A stretch of DNA of 64,000 nucleotides from Paraphysomonas bandaiensis (lineage: Eukaryota > Protista > Chrysophyceae), in NCBI GenBank assembly GCA_965644295.1, contig CBFFRP010000335.1, positions 62,001 through 126,000 on the forward strand. Direction: 5' to 3'. Position numbers and translations under genes: made by a program. Shown here one piece after another: positions 38,589-51,342 of the stretch; position 1 is the first letter of the stretch; every line of letters starts with the position of its first letter. The notes beneath the pieces are model-generated. The model had not been told where the DNA came from. It did not search any database and saw only the letters and a program-made list of their open reading frames with translations.

Positions 38589-41242
38589 ATGCGGATTCTG
38601 TGTCTCTGGCAGTGTCTGTTGACAGTGTTTGCGGCTATCACACGAGCTCAGACGCTCAGTTGCTTAGATGAGAATGGTAGCCCAGTGGATAGCTGGGTTT
38701 CCCTCTCACAGGATGAAGACTATCAGTATTACTGGCATTCTGATAGTGGGTTTGTGAAGTCTGCATACAATCTCTCTCAGACATCAGAGGGGAACATAAT
38801 GTCGACTGTGAGCCAGCTATACGATACCAATTTGGATATGAATAATGTTGCGTATGCACTGTATAATGATGATCCTCCTCCCCCAGAGGGAACCGCATCA
38901 TCGACATATGCCCATTCGAAGGGGGTAATACTAACGAATGACAAACAGGGATTTTGGCTGATCCATTCGAAACCGAACTGGCCGAATGCTAGATCGACTG
39001 GCGCTGGCCCATTTCCTGATACGACATATTCTCAGAGTTTAATGTGCATCACTTTTAATGCCTCTTCATTTGACGATATAGCAATTGGATCGATGATAAA
39101 CTACCCATATATTTATGACTCTTTTATATCTACCAATCTCCAAGTCATGTTACCGAATCTATCCCTATGGCTGAGCGGTGAAAAAAGCGCGCTGTTGAAT
39201 ACTACAATTAATTTGACATCTGCTGGTGGTGTGAATTATACACAGTTTGCAAAGAGCAAGGCATGGGGAAAGGATTTATACGATGATTTTGTTGCACCTG
39301 TGCTGGAAACTGGTCTCAATGTAGAGACTTGGCGTAGTGGGAGTGGAGGCAGGTATGCGTACACTTCATGCTGGTGAAATTACGCGCTATTGATAATCTG
39401 CTATTATACTATGCATGTTTTGTGTAGCATATTGTGGACTTTTTTTTGATTCGTTGTGCAGAATGAGTAGCATTTGCGAAGATGCTGACGACGATACATG
39501 GGCCATCCATACCGTCCCATACACCATCCTCGAAGTGTCGGAAGTTACGATGCCAGATGGTGCAAGTTGGTTAGGCACAAAAGATCACAGCAAATGGGTA
39601 CGAGATTTTTGCATAATTCGATTACTGATGTTGTGATTGCGCTGTACTGTGGTGACAGGCGAGCTCTATTGAGGGTCGTTCGGTATGCATTGGGGACATT
39701 AACCGAATGTGTTCTCAAGAAGCAAGAGGCGGTGGTACAGTTTGTATTACAGTCGACGACAATAATCTATGGGATTCATTTGATGCAGCCGTTACGGACA
39801 CTGAAGAGTGTTGGCAATACAACCCATGCACATCTACTTCCCAATGCTACTGGTGCCCAATATTCAGTCCCACTCCAGCGCCAACTGAGGTTGCGGTTCC
39901 GACCATCAGTCCAGCTCCTACGGCATCACACGCACGTACAGTAACGGTTGGAGATGTTGCTATTGTCCTCTTTAATTCTGGTATACATCTTTATCAGTTA
40001 AACACAAGTATACAACTGTTTATGGGCATAGTATAGCACGTACTTTCACCGTTCGCTGACAGAGTGTACTCGTTATTATACTTAATATATATATTATTAT
40101 GTCTATTATCCCAGTTGTGAATATAATCGCATGATTGATGACATACTTGGCAGACAATGCGGACACCGTTACACTTGTTGCTTTGGACGCAGTTGGAGCA
40201 GGCACACTGGTTAGTTCACTTGGCTTGTAACTGGAATATCCCCGATAAATCTTACCGTTATTTTTTCTATGCAGCTCAAAATTACGGACAATGGATGGCT
40301 CGGGTCGTCATTTCGAAGTGGTGAGGGTGTTGTAGGTTTCTCTGTCACATCAACAGTTCCAGCTGGACATGTGTGGTCATATGAAGGAGCTGAAATAACA
40401 ACTCCATATGGGGTGTGGAGCAAGCTATCGGTAAGTATACTCAAATAATACCTCGACATGTGTCTCTTTACTTGTGCTGCAATTAAAATTTCCCTTGTGT
40501 TTACACTATTTCTGTCTCTTGTCGACAGGGTTCTTTCTCTCTGGCTACATCTGGCGACAATATTTTTGTTTATGTGGGAGATTCAGATTCGCCGGAGTTC
40601 TTATTCGGTCTCTCAACAGTTCCTTGGGTAAATAGCTCCAGTGATGTAGATACCACCACCAGTATGCTACCAGAGTCCCTGTCAACCGACACTGTTGATG
40701 CATCTATTGAATTCGAGGATGTAGACAATGGTATGTACAATGGGACAGTAGTAGGCAGTAAAAGTGACCTACTGGTCGACATATGCAGCCTCGAGTTATG
40801 GCGCACAAGTTCGTCGACACGGTTTCATCCCTCTTCATTGGAAGACTTTACGGTTCTGGAGACCACAAATTTTCCCACAACATCACCCACCTTGAGCCCG
40901 ACCAATATGTTGACCACTCTTCCCACAGCTTCACCCACCGTGAGCCCGACCGATATGTTGACCGCTCTTCCCACGACTCCAGGTAGTTTTTCGCCGTCAT
41001 TTATCCCAACACGGTACCCAACCAGTTTCCCCACTCCTGCACCATCTCATGTGGAAAAGAAGAACACCAGCATCAATAATGATGGAAGCTCATCAGGACA
41101 TTCCAAGATGGGAAAAACAGCTCTCATATCGGTGATTGTTGCCGCAGTACTATTTTTTCCTGTTCTTTTTATTGCGTGGAAGTACATAAATCTGTCTGAT
41201 CGTGAGGATGAAATACGATCATCTCTTGTTGAAATACCGTGA
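38589..41242 (+). CDS. DNase II fused to a bacterial-type extracellular domain, Pro/Thr stalks and a C-terminal TM helix
   Basis: Signal peptide; AHSKGV, FWLIHSKPNWP, KDHSKW, CIGDINRM..Q..RGGG; then GDVAIVLFNS|DN...TDNGW...FRSGEG...FSLATSGDNIFVY; TM ALISVIVAAVLFFPVLFIAW. Confidence 0.85.
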
Positions 41243-41722
41243 TTGTGTTTTGATAAGTGTTAGTGGCTGCAAGTGGTATTCAGTGCTGGCGTTGATACTC
41301 CAGTGCTCGTAGAATGTGTGATGACTCATTTTTAATATTAGAAATTCACACCACTTTTAATAATACCATGATTAGTTTAGGCACACTGAACTATTGTTGG
41401 ATCAACATTTTTGTGAACGAAAATATGCCCCAGTGCGTTACAGGTGTGGCAGTATTGTGGAAATAAATGTTATAGCAATATTGTCTTGACAATTCATATT
41501 AAATCATTACGGGTACATAACTGCTTAGGACATTTATCTACACGAAAAATATCTATTCCTTTCTTTTCATCTAACATTTTCATGTGTGTGTTCTATGCAT
41601 AACTATATAACTATGGTTCTAAAACTATGGAGCTATATATATATTACAATGTCTAGCAAAGCTACAACTGGGCTCACTATTCAGTGCTCTGTGGATATAT
41701 GGTTTTGTTCACGGACACTAAA

Positions 41723-42541
41723 TTGAAAGTCTTAGTATGGCAATAGGCGTTAAAAATTTGCACCAGCTTAGTCTAGATGGACAAACTAGTCAAGCTAGAT
41801 AAGCATCTACCATTACTAACTAGTGTTTTTTATTGAAAGTCTTTTTTTATTATTATTGAAAGTCTTTTTATTTAGCAATAGGCGTTAAAAACTCGTTCCG
41901 ATATAGTGGCTAGTGGACTGCTAGACCTACTAGTTAGACCTCTACCCATAACTAATCAGCACAAATTCTATTATCCTACTATTTAGCGCTACAGAAGCTG
42001 CTTGTGCGTCGCCGCAAGCACCAGGGTGCAACCACTTCCGTATACTAACTAGTGTAAACTCTTATATCCTACTATTTAACGATACGAGAATTGCTTGTGC
42101 GTCGCCGCAAGCACCACGGTGCGACTATTCTCGCTATATGATATATGTGTACGTAGGGACGTTGCATATATGTATACATATAATGTAAAATGTATACTAT
42201 ATACTATATAATGATACAAATGACTTGAGCGTCCTTAGTAGAGATAATAATATGATGTCACGACTTTGTAACAGTAGTGAATGTCTGTTTATTAGCAATA
42301 AGCGTATAAGAGTCAGAACTAATGTAGGAAAACAATTTAACGAACTAGTGCTTAACTCAGACGATATCCTACAATTTTGCGCTACGAGCTGCATGTGCGT
42401 CCGTCACCGCGAGCATCAAGGTGCAGCCACTTTCGAGTCGGCTGAACAATATCTGCTGATTATATATGCGGCTCACATTAGTTTCCAGGAGAAATATCCC
42501 CCATAACACCACGAAAAGGTGCGAGTTCGACTTTGTTGAGG
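41723..42541 (-). mobile_element. Tandem cluster of retroelement 3' ends/SINE-like copies (C-F) with A-rich tails
   Basis: Repeated ttgaaagtc tails (minus strand gactttcaataataataaaaaaa) and cores at 41992-42040, 42085-42133 and 42385-42435. Confidence 0.8.
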
Positions 42542-42544
42542 CTC

Positions 42545-43990
42545 TTTGTTACAACTGGGAATCATATATCTATTCAATAGACTTTAAGCCCCAGGGAATA
42601 TTTTACGAATGCCTCGCCACCACAGCTCTTAAACAGCGCCCAATACAATGGACGCGTTCGCACACAAGCAACTGGACCTACACTGACCACGGCATTTATA
42701 TAGCTGACGCCGCCGCCAGCGGCGACTGGAAGACACTAGACAAAGTGCTCGGAGCCTCCAACTACAGTGTTGTCACAACAGACGCTACGCACATACTGGA
42801 AGAATTCTTCACCACGGGTCAATGGCACTGGCGTAGATACGATACACACCTCCTCACAGACCTCGGTCCTATGCTAGGAGACGTTACAGATCTCCACCAC
42901 CAGTGGGACCTCCATCACTACACCCTCCGACGAGATAGCATGTATGCTGCACAAACGCAACGAGACCCGCAGTATTGGACACGCAGCGGAACAAGGCTCC
43001 CACACAAGCTCCATCCCCTTCGTACCCATAACTCCTCCAAACACTACATCCCCCTCGCAGAGCGTATACGCGAGACGGCATACGTATGGGACAAATCCTT
43101 TGCAATGGGTAGAAACCGAGCCAAAGGAAAATCCGGACACGATCGCACAACGGCTTCCACATGCGCAGACTGTGCACACCCCACAGACAACATGGCGCAC
43201 ATGCTTCTCACCTGCACTCACCCTGACATCATTCACATACGTGAAGATGTCCACCAAGCACACCACAATAAGCTTGACAAACTTCGCACGCGCACGCTCC
43301 CCCATCCCTGGTTTTACACCGCCATATAACCAAACTAGCCAAAGCCGCATGGAACCCAGCCACCCCCCAGGTTGAGCGCTACTGGACCGGCCACATTACT
43401 GCCACACAAATGGCCGACGCATTCGGACGCCACATATCCAGCTCACTGCTCGAACATCAATTCCACGCCCTAGAAAAATCCATCGCCTCTATCCTACTCC
43501 CCCTATATGATGGAGGGCTCCGCATGCTTCGCAATAGGGGACACAGACACCACAACGTAGACACGGCACCGGCGACACCGGTCCCGACACACGCAAAGCC
43601 CCGCCAGCCCCAGGATACCCACCCGACACCAAAAGTACTCCAGCTACTCCAGGCGACATCCACCCCACGAACTACACTCTCTGCAAGAGCCCAGACCCGA
43701 CAGAGGCAAGCGCAACCACTCCGGAAACAACTTCTCCTTACTTGTAGCCGAAACCCCACCTCAACAACCAGCACCATCTCCACCACCGACTTGCACTCTC
43801 ATATACAACTCGCCTCACCCACCCCCCACATAATCCATGGCACAGGCCCGCCAGACACATTGCCCAAAGGTAGACCCCCCGACTAACCTCACTACAAGGG
43901 ACGGTTGCACCATGGTGCTCGCAGCGATGCACAAGCAGTCCCGAGACGGTTGCCCGCCACTAGTAGTATATAGCAAATCTAGTTATTAGC
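42545..43990 (+). mobile_element. 5'-truncated non-LTR retrotransposon: RNase H C-terminus, CCHC knuckle, 3' UTR stem-loop
   Basis: WTRSH...GIYIADAAA (RNase H), CADCAHPTDNMAHMLLTC (CX2CX8HX4C); frame disruption near 43329; ORF ends PPD* at 43886, followed by the family core hairpin at 43898-43942. Confidence 0.8.
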
Positions 43991-44328
43991 TAGTCTATAG
44001 ACATAAACTAGTTTCTGTACGCAACCGTACTCATGTAATAATCAGACTTTCATACATAATTCTTCAGCTATTTAGTGCTAAATCTCTAGTTAGATTAAAT
44101 GCTATATTCGAGAAAATGCATAATAAGTGTACCATTTAGCATTCACTTGCGCCGCTATATAGTTTGTGTAAAACATATTATGAAACTGGAACGTATGTGT
44201 AAACTGTTTGATGAAAAATAACTATATTATAATATATTACTTCGCATTTATAGCGTTATATTAACACATGAGCTAACAATAGACACTAGAAACAGTTTAC
44301 ACAATAAAGCTGCATGAAACTGCTATAC

Positions 44329-46247
44329 TTATATTTCGTCGGTATTATCCTCATTCAATAGCCGTTTTAGTTCCAAGGAAAGGATCTCATCAGCAGCTTT
44401 CAGTACGAATGACTTAGCGCTGTACGCTCTTAAGGGAATTTCAGTAATAGGGGATTCACGTGCAATCTCTGAAGTCCACTCACGTTGCCATTGCTGCTCA
44501 TCATCTGACATCACACAGCTGTCCAGAAGAGCATTCATTTTCTGAGCAGACATTGCACCCTCGAGTCTTGACAACTTCAACTGTTGTTTCAAAATGATCT
44601 CCAGTTGATACCGAGATACAAACCCTAATCCGTAAAAGTCAATACGGTCGACTGCCACCTGGAGATCTGCTTGGAGGACGAGACGTCGCATATCACACGC
44701 CGCGTCATGAACGGTCATACAATCTTTCTCGTGGGTTTCACAACACCAATGAGATGCCGTTCTTACAAGTGGATTAGCAAGACAATCAAATTCATCTCGC
44801 TGACTGGCTCTTGAGACCTGCTTTATCTTGTCCCATACATGAGGAGGCAAAACTTTACGTGGTCTATTATCCAAGAGACTATCTTCCGATCCCTGTACAC
44901 CCATAACAAATGTGTTACGCTTACGGTGCCAATCCATATATATTTCAAAAAACACACACTTACAGGCTGAGTGGATGCCCTTCTAGACCTGGCTTCTTCC
45001 TTTTGCTTCAGCTCCCATGCCTTCTTCACATCTGCTTTCTTAGTATAGGCTCCATCCAAACCCTCCACCATCTTCGTTTTGATCTGTTGTGTTTCTAGCA
45101 GCTCCGCTTCAACCTAAAAATAGAATGGATCAGCAACAGTGTCATCATAAATATATGCAACAGCAGGATACTAAATATACATCAATCTGGAAAGTAGTGG
45201 CGATAAAAATTACTAAATTTGACATTAATCGCCACTACAAAGATAAAATGGCTTAGTCAGTATATTAAACATCTACCATTGACTGGGGTGTATACAGCCA
45301 GGAATAAGCTATTCACAACCTGGGCAGCCATTGTATTCTTCTCTGCTTCCTGATCCTTAAATATTCTCCTTCTTGTTGCATCAGCCAGCGCTAGTATACG
45401 CAAGCGTGGCATCTTCGGTATATAGAGCGGGGCGCTCTTCAATATTTCGTCGGTTAAGAAGGAAAAGGACCCCTGTAAAGGACACACAAAAATAAGAGAA
45501 ATTGATATGATAATATGCTTTCCAAATTAGACTACTACAACGACCGCACTACTACACACCTCATCAGCGAACCCCTCCTGCACAAGAGCATCAGCGTATC
45601 TGTCACACTTAATCTTCTCAAGGTTTTTTAGCAAATTAAAACTACGAGATGGAATGCTATATTTCGTCTTTGATGCGACCTCAGGAGGGAGTTCGAAGGC
45701 TTTCACTTCCTCGTCTCCAAGAAAAGAATTATTGTCTTCGGAACCAGCCGATTGGTTCTCAGAATCTTCATCCGCCACTTCATCATCTTCATCGTAAATA
45801 TACAAAAATACTGTCGTGCTCGATTTAGTATCGATATATATCGGCAACTATAGTCACTTACGCCTGGGCCGAAAAATATCATCATCAGAGTTTTCAGTTA
45901 ATGCTTGTTCATACACTTCCTCCGGCAGCAGCTAAAGTATCAACTCAATCCAATGAAATGATATATCATGATAACCGCATCACCTCATCGTCTTCAATAA
46001 CAGCTCCTCTGAAGAAGAGCACAATGCGCTCTGTGGGCACACGAAGCAATCCGCGAATACGAATTTTGAGCTGTATGCAAGTCGTGCGTAACGGACATGC
46101 TAAATGAATCGTCTTCTTGTTTTTGAGCTCCAAATGAAGAGGACTGCTATCAGGGAACTTCGGAAGAAGTATCGTGATTTCGCCGATCTCCTCATGGGCC
46201 TCTACGTGAGGCTTATCGCCTGAGAAGATCTTCTTCAGAGTCTCCAT
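44329..46247 (-). CDS. Hypothetical protein: ubiquitin-like N-terminus, SAM-like domain, degenerate EF-hand
   Basis: LKIRIRGLLRVPTERIVLFFRGAVIEDD (UBL); NLEKIKCDRYADALVQEGF...LTDEIL (SAM-like); DFYGLGFVSRYQL (EF-like); GT-AG introns. Confidence 0.65.
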
Positions 46248-46666
46248 ATCGACTGCAGCTACAAGAAATATACGCTGTCTACTGCACTAGCATCCTACTG
46301 AACTACATCTCCCAGTGTCGAGATAGTCACTGCAATCCCAGTGCTTCTAGTAGTGTTCCAACTCCAGCATACAGGGACATACTGCACTGAAACTGCTTCA
46401 GTGTCAATGCATGCACTCCTCTGTGCTGCTGCGTGTGAGGGAGAAACAGCCAAAAACAGCATGAAATACACCTAAATTCCAGGGTTTTCCGAAATATCAG
46501 GGTATTATGATCGTTCGATAATTCCGCGCTGTACATACATACAGTACTGCTGTATGCACAACTATGCATCAAGTGTAAGAAGTTGAAGATATCTGATGAA
46601 GTGACTTCACGCACAGTGTTCCATTCGCATTGTATGGATAGTACACGTACACCTATAGTGGTATAG

Positions 46667-48187
46667 ATGTCGGATCTGTGGGTGAAGTGCAGCCATCTGT
46701 TCCTTCTGTGGACTCCGAATGAATTGGATGACTTCACGTCTATAGCGACCACGCTCTTAACTAACATATTAAACAACCCGTACGTGCAGAAGTATAAAGA
46801 AATTAAACTACAGAACTCCACAGTGCAATCTCGTATAGTGAGTAGAAATGGTGGAATCGATTTTCTTTATGCGGCTGGTTTTGAGTCAGTGAATCGGGAG
46901 GACACGAAGATGCTTGTGTTCCAGGATCACTATATACCTACACTGGAATCCACTATAGAGTGGTTGAGGTGGGTTGATATGACTGTTCTCTAGTGATCTT
47001 ATCTTTCCATAGAGTGACGGTGGATATGTGTAAGAGTGCACAGCCCAATCCCGGCATGCCCTGTGCTGTATGCGAGGTGCAGGTATGCTAACAGTCATAC
47101 TTGTGCTCATAGCGTACAACATAATGCACACAATACCATAGATACGATTTCCCAATGGCGCCACTGTACGCGGAGGATTCTTTGGTGAGAGCCATATTGA
47201 AGAAGTTTTATTCTTTGCGAGAGTTTTTTTTGTGGAAGAAAAGTATGATGCACGCGGAGTGGCATATGCGTTTGTGATGCGCTGTTAACTTTAAATTTCT
47301 TATTTTCTATTATGTTGAAGGCGGAGTTGCGTAACGCTTCACCTGCCCCATTCTGCAGATGTGGTAGACCCTATGCGCACTCTCGAAAGCTATGGACTAG
47401 CTCCTAGGGGTACATTAATTGCATCAACGTTATCCGCTCAGGAGAGGGTGTCTACTTTTTGCCAGGTACTAATTAATATTCACGAATCTATATTGTTCAT
47501 TCTCAGTTTTTACTAAGCCTTTACGTATGCCACAGTACATAATTCTTCGAAATGTACTATGTCGTAGTGCAGTGTTGTGAACTATTCTTGGTGTGATACG
47601 ATCCATGGATATGTTTATATATGTGCCTCACTATCTGACCCGTATACCTTTCACGCTGTATCTTGTATGCTATCTTATTTTGGCAGCGGCATCATTTAAT
47701 ATCACAATTTCCAATCTATATATATGCAACGGTTTGTTTCCACGTACTTGTGCAATAGTACTAACGCCACACTGTGTTTATCTGATGGCCTTGTGCTCTT
47801 AATCACTCAGAATCAGCAAGTGGCTACATCCAAAGCTGTTCAATGCAGAGATGTTGAGAAGAAAGCAAGGTAGTTTTGAATTGTTATTCTGTGATATGGT
47901 CATGAATCCTGTAAATACTCAATTCTATTTGTTATGTGTTGGATGACTATTATTGCGTGTTGTGAGTCATTTTTTATAGTAATACTGTGTGGAGATGTGC
48001 GACGTTTTATTCTAGATAATGTTTACTATCGTAGGGTGGAACGACTCGCGAAAAGGGCTGCTCTAGAAAACGATAAACGCAATGTGTTAAGAGCGTTCAA
48101 GGTCTCTTGGGTTATACTGTGTTTGTTCTGTTAAATAGAGCACCCTATGTGTTGTAGGAGGATAGAGAACGGCATAAGAAGAATTAA
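46667..48187 (+). CDS. PUB + UBX domain protein (p97/Cdc48 adaptor)
   Basis: LLTNILNNPYVQKYKEIKLQN...GGIDFLYAAGF (PUB); IRFPNGATVRGGF...LESYGLAPRG (UBX); multi-exon. Confidence 0.8.
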
Positions 48188-48558
48188 GGGAATGCAAACT
48201 TGTTAGAAATGGAAAAAACGAAGAGAGGGAAAGGAGGTGAGCCATTTTTCACCCTATAAGAGTCATTTCTGGCTTTGTATAGTACTTATTGGTAGCCACG
48301 TGGGAAATATTATTTATTAAAGTAGCATACTATATTTGAATATATACAGCCCGCATGTAATTAAAGGTTTACGATACTATGATTGTATATACGGAACTCG
48401 TGAGTCGTGGTCATTAGATAAATATTGGCTTGTATATTATTATAGAACAAACTGTGTCAGCAATTTCGTAATAATCACTCACTGCACAAAGGGAACGTAA
48501 ATCCCGAAATTGGAATTCTAAATCAATAAAATAGTCTACAGTCTACAGAGATATATAC

Positions 48559-50691
48559 CTACATCAAATTACAGCAGTACGGATTAGAAACAGTTATATC
48601 TTGCCGCTCTTCCTTCGAACTACTGCGCACTGACTGCTGCTGCAGCGGTGCTGAATCTCCCTTCTCCCCATCGGATAAAGCGCTCTGAAAAGACAGGGCA
48701 CTATCCAGCACAGGTTCTGGTGGAGCTGCCTCCTCACACTCTTCTCCAGAATCCTGGGCTAAAACTGTGTGAAGGTTGGGTGGGGTGCTTGCCCGTTCAC
48801 GCGGAGGAGTACTTGGTCTGCTTCGTTGCGCTCCTTCCTTGTCTTCTTCGCCGGGGACAGAGAAATCAGCTCCTAAGAGTTCTGTCGTGCTCTTCTGGTC
48901 CAGTGACTTTCTTACCTCTTTTTTGGTCTGAATCTCGGACTCCTTAATGGCGATGAGAGAGGATCGTCTTTCCTTTACTTTCGCCTTCACCTTTTGGGCA
49001 AGGGTAACTAGATGCTGTTTGGTACCCTCACTAAGGAAATTGACTTCGCCAGGAGTAACTGCATTCTTGGAATCAACCCCACTACGATCGATCGCTTCAA
49101 CGGACAATTCGTTTAGTCGCCTCTCAGTTTCTTCTTCTGAGTGTTCAACGATCCAAGAGAAAGACTTGCAGTCCTTGAAGGTTGGACGGTCATCGGGGTC
49201 AGCCGTAAATAACGCTTTGAAAAGCTCACATAGCTCAGGACTCTTCCTTGAAGGGTAAGGTGGAAACTCACGCTTGATTGATAAAATCTCACGAAACATT
49301 GCCTCCGGCGCATTTCCTGGATGGGGAGCCCAGAAAGGAAGGCACCCAAACACGAATATCCAGAGGCACACACCGGCCGCCCATGCGTCTGCTTTATATG
49401 CCGAGTACACATTGGCATAGTTGTCATCTATCATTTCTGGAGACCAGAACGGCCACGAACCCTTCGTGTCTCTAACCATTCCTTTCCCTGCCATATCTTC
49501 CCCAGCGAACTCCCGTGAGACTCCAAAGTCAGCGATCTTAATATCTCCTTCAAGAGTAACCAAGATATTCTCGGGTTTGAGATCTCTGCAGCAAACTAAT
49601 ATGAATACAGAAGAGAAATAAGATACGGACAAACCGGTGGGCTATTAGATTCAGGTGAAGGTACTCCATTGCACTTAGTAGCTGTCTGAAATTTATGCTA
49701 AGTAGAATCCCGAAGGCAGTTGTATACACTTCAATCATGTATTCAGCTTACTCGAACGACATAGATGCATACAAACAGTATATACGAGTATGAACTGCAT
49801 GAATAAAAACCTGAAAAGTCTACTGGCGAGGGCTTCCCCTAGAACTCCATCAGTAAGAGGAGATATCCATTGCGGAGGCCTCTGCTCCTGAGTTGCATCT
49901 GACGGGACTTCATATTCCCTCAGTACCATAAGGGGCCCCCCTGCGATGTACTCCATAACCAAGTATATCGAATGAGGGAATATCTTCTCTTCCACGACCT
50001 ACCAATACAGAAATTGACTTTGCATTGCAGCACATAGAACAGCGCTTACTTCATATAATCGAACTATGTATGGATGATTAAGCTTTTTCATCAAGGCTAT
50101 TTCTTTTCTAATGGCCTCGAGTTCCTCGTTCACACCAGCTTTGCCTGGCATACGGCCCCTTGCGAATGTTTTCGGTTTAACTTTACCTTCAAAAAAATTA
50201 CTTATATAGCATAAAAATCAGGTTAACCAACCTTGTGGAAATGTTTTCATGGCGTATAATTTAGTTTCACTATTTTCTTCTGTTTCTGCAAGATACACAG
50301 TACCAAATGCCCCTCTGGCTATTTCAGCAGTGACAGTATATTGATTCACTTTTTGTAGCGTTCCGAACGTACTTCTTTCAGCAGTATCGATGTAGCTCTC
50401 GTGCATTCGGGATATCTCTACCAGGTTACGCCCTGATCGAACCAGAACTTCATCCACAACAGAGCTCATGTGCTCAAATGTTTCATATTTCCCGCCATCT
50501 TCAGGATGCTGATGTGCTAACGTGTCCTCACGTGTATGACTCAAAGCTTCTATTCCTTCTTTGAGACTATCTTTTCGTTCTGTGGGAATTACAGTCTCTT
50601 CAGGTAACTCGTCGATATCCGGTGATTCATTTAACTTATTAGATCGACCAGACCCGTCCATATCCACCGACACTGCGTCAAGGGAAGCCAT
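48559..50691 (-). CDS. CaMKK/SAK1/GRIK-like Ser/Thr kinase with C-terminal CaaX box
   Basis: VNQY..IARGAFGTVY, YAMK plus insert, EIALMKKLNHPYIV, HR|DLKPEN, DFGVS, KGSWPFWSPE; ends YCCNLM*. Confidence 0.85.
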
Positions 50692-51228
50692 TCGTAATCG
50701 AATGCGTATAAGGAGGAACTGTGCGTTACTTATCTATTGCAGTGTTCATACTGTATGTATATATATGTATATGTAGGTATATGTATATGTATATTATGCC
50801 AGTAGCCCACTTAATAACGCCCACATTTAATGCACTTGACCAGAAATACAATGAGATTATATATATGGTACGCCCCGGATCGTTCAATGCGACTATTGTG
50901 AGTGAAGGGGCATCACACTTAACCCCAGCAGCCATCAACACACAGACACATACATGCATATCCAGATACATATACTACTACTGCTGTATATATACTCTAC
51001 CCATGGGCTACACCGGACTTCATGCATATACACCATGCATACATGGTTGTACAGCAGTATAGTCAGGAGTAGGAACATATGGACAGTGCAGTAGATACAG
51101 TCCCAATCGCCAAAATTCCGAAAAATATTTCAGTTTTTCAATATCTTCAACCTCAATATTCTGATATTGACGAAATCTGATGCGGTCGGTATATGTGAAC
51201 AGAGTACTGTGCACTGCTCTGCATGTAT

Positions 51229-51258
51229 CAACAGCAGCAGCAGCAGCAGCAGCAGCAG
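51229..51258 (+). repeat. (CAG)n microsatellite
   Basis: caa followed by nine cag units upstream of the likely start codon at 51343. Confidence 0.9.
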
Positions 51259-51342
51259 TGTGGTATGGTGTGGTTTGCAGTATGTTGTCATCTACACTCA
51301 TCGCAGTTAATTCTCGCCCATATAGTTATCACTGTTGTCCAC

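Noticed and set aside
41992-42435. Repeated cores resembling a CRISPR array
   Set aside because: Irregular spacing, divergent repeats, eukaryotic context and no cas genes; better explained as retroelement ends.
42466-42544. N-terminus of the 287-aa ORF as genuine coding sequence
   Set aside because: It overlaps the opposite-strand repeat copy and is a chance read-through into the LINE fragment.
47466-47810. Unusually long intron as a snoRNA host
   Set aside because: No convincing RTGATGA...CTGA pair with a terminal stem, and no H/ACA layout.
51223-51342. Poly-Q N-terminal extension of ORF 51223-52236
   Set aside because: It derives from a CAG microsatellite in promoter-like sequence; the ATG at 51343 is the more plausible start, although the extension is not excluded.
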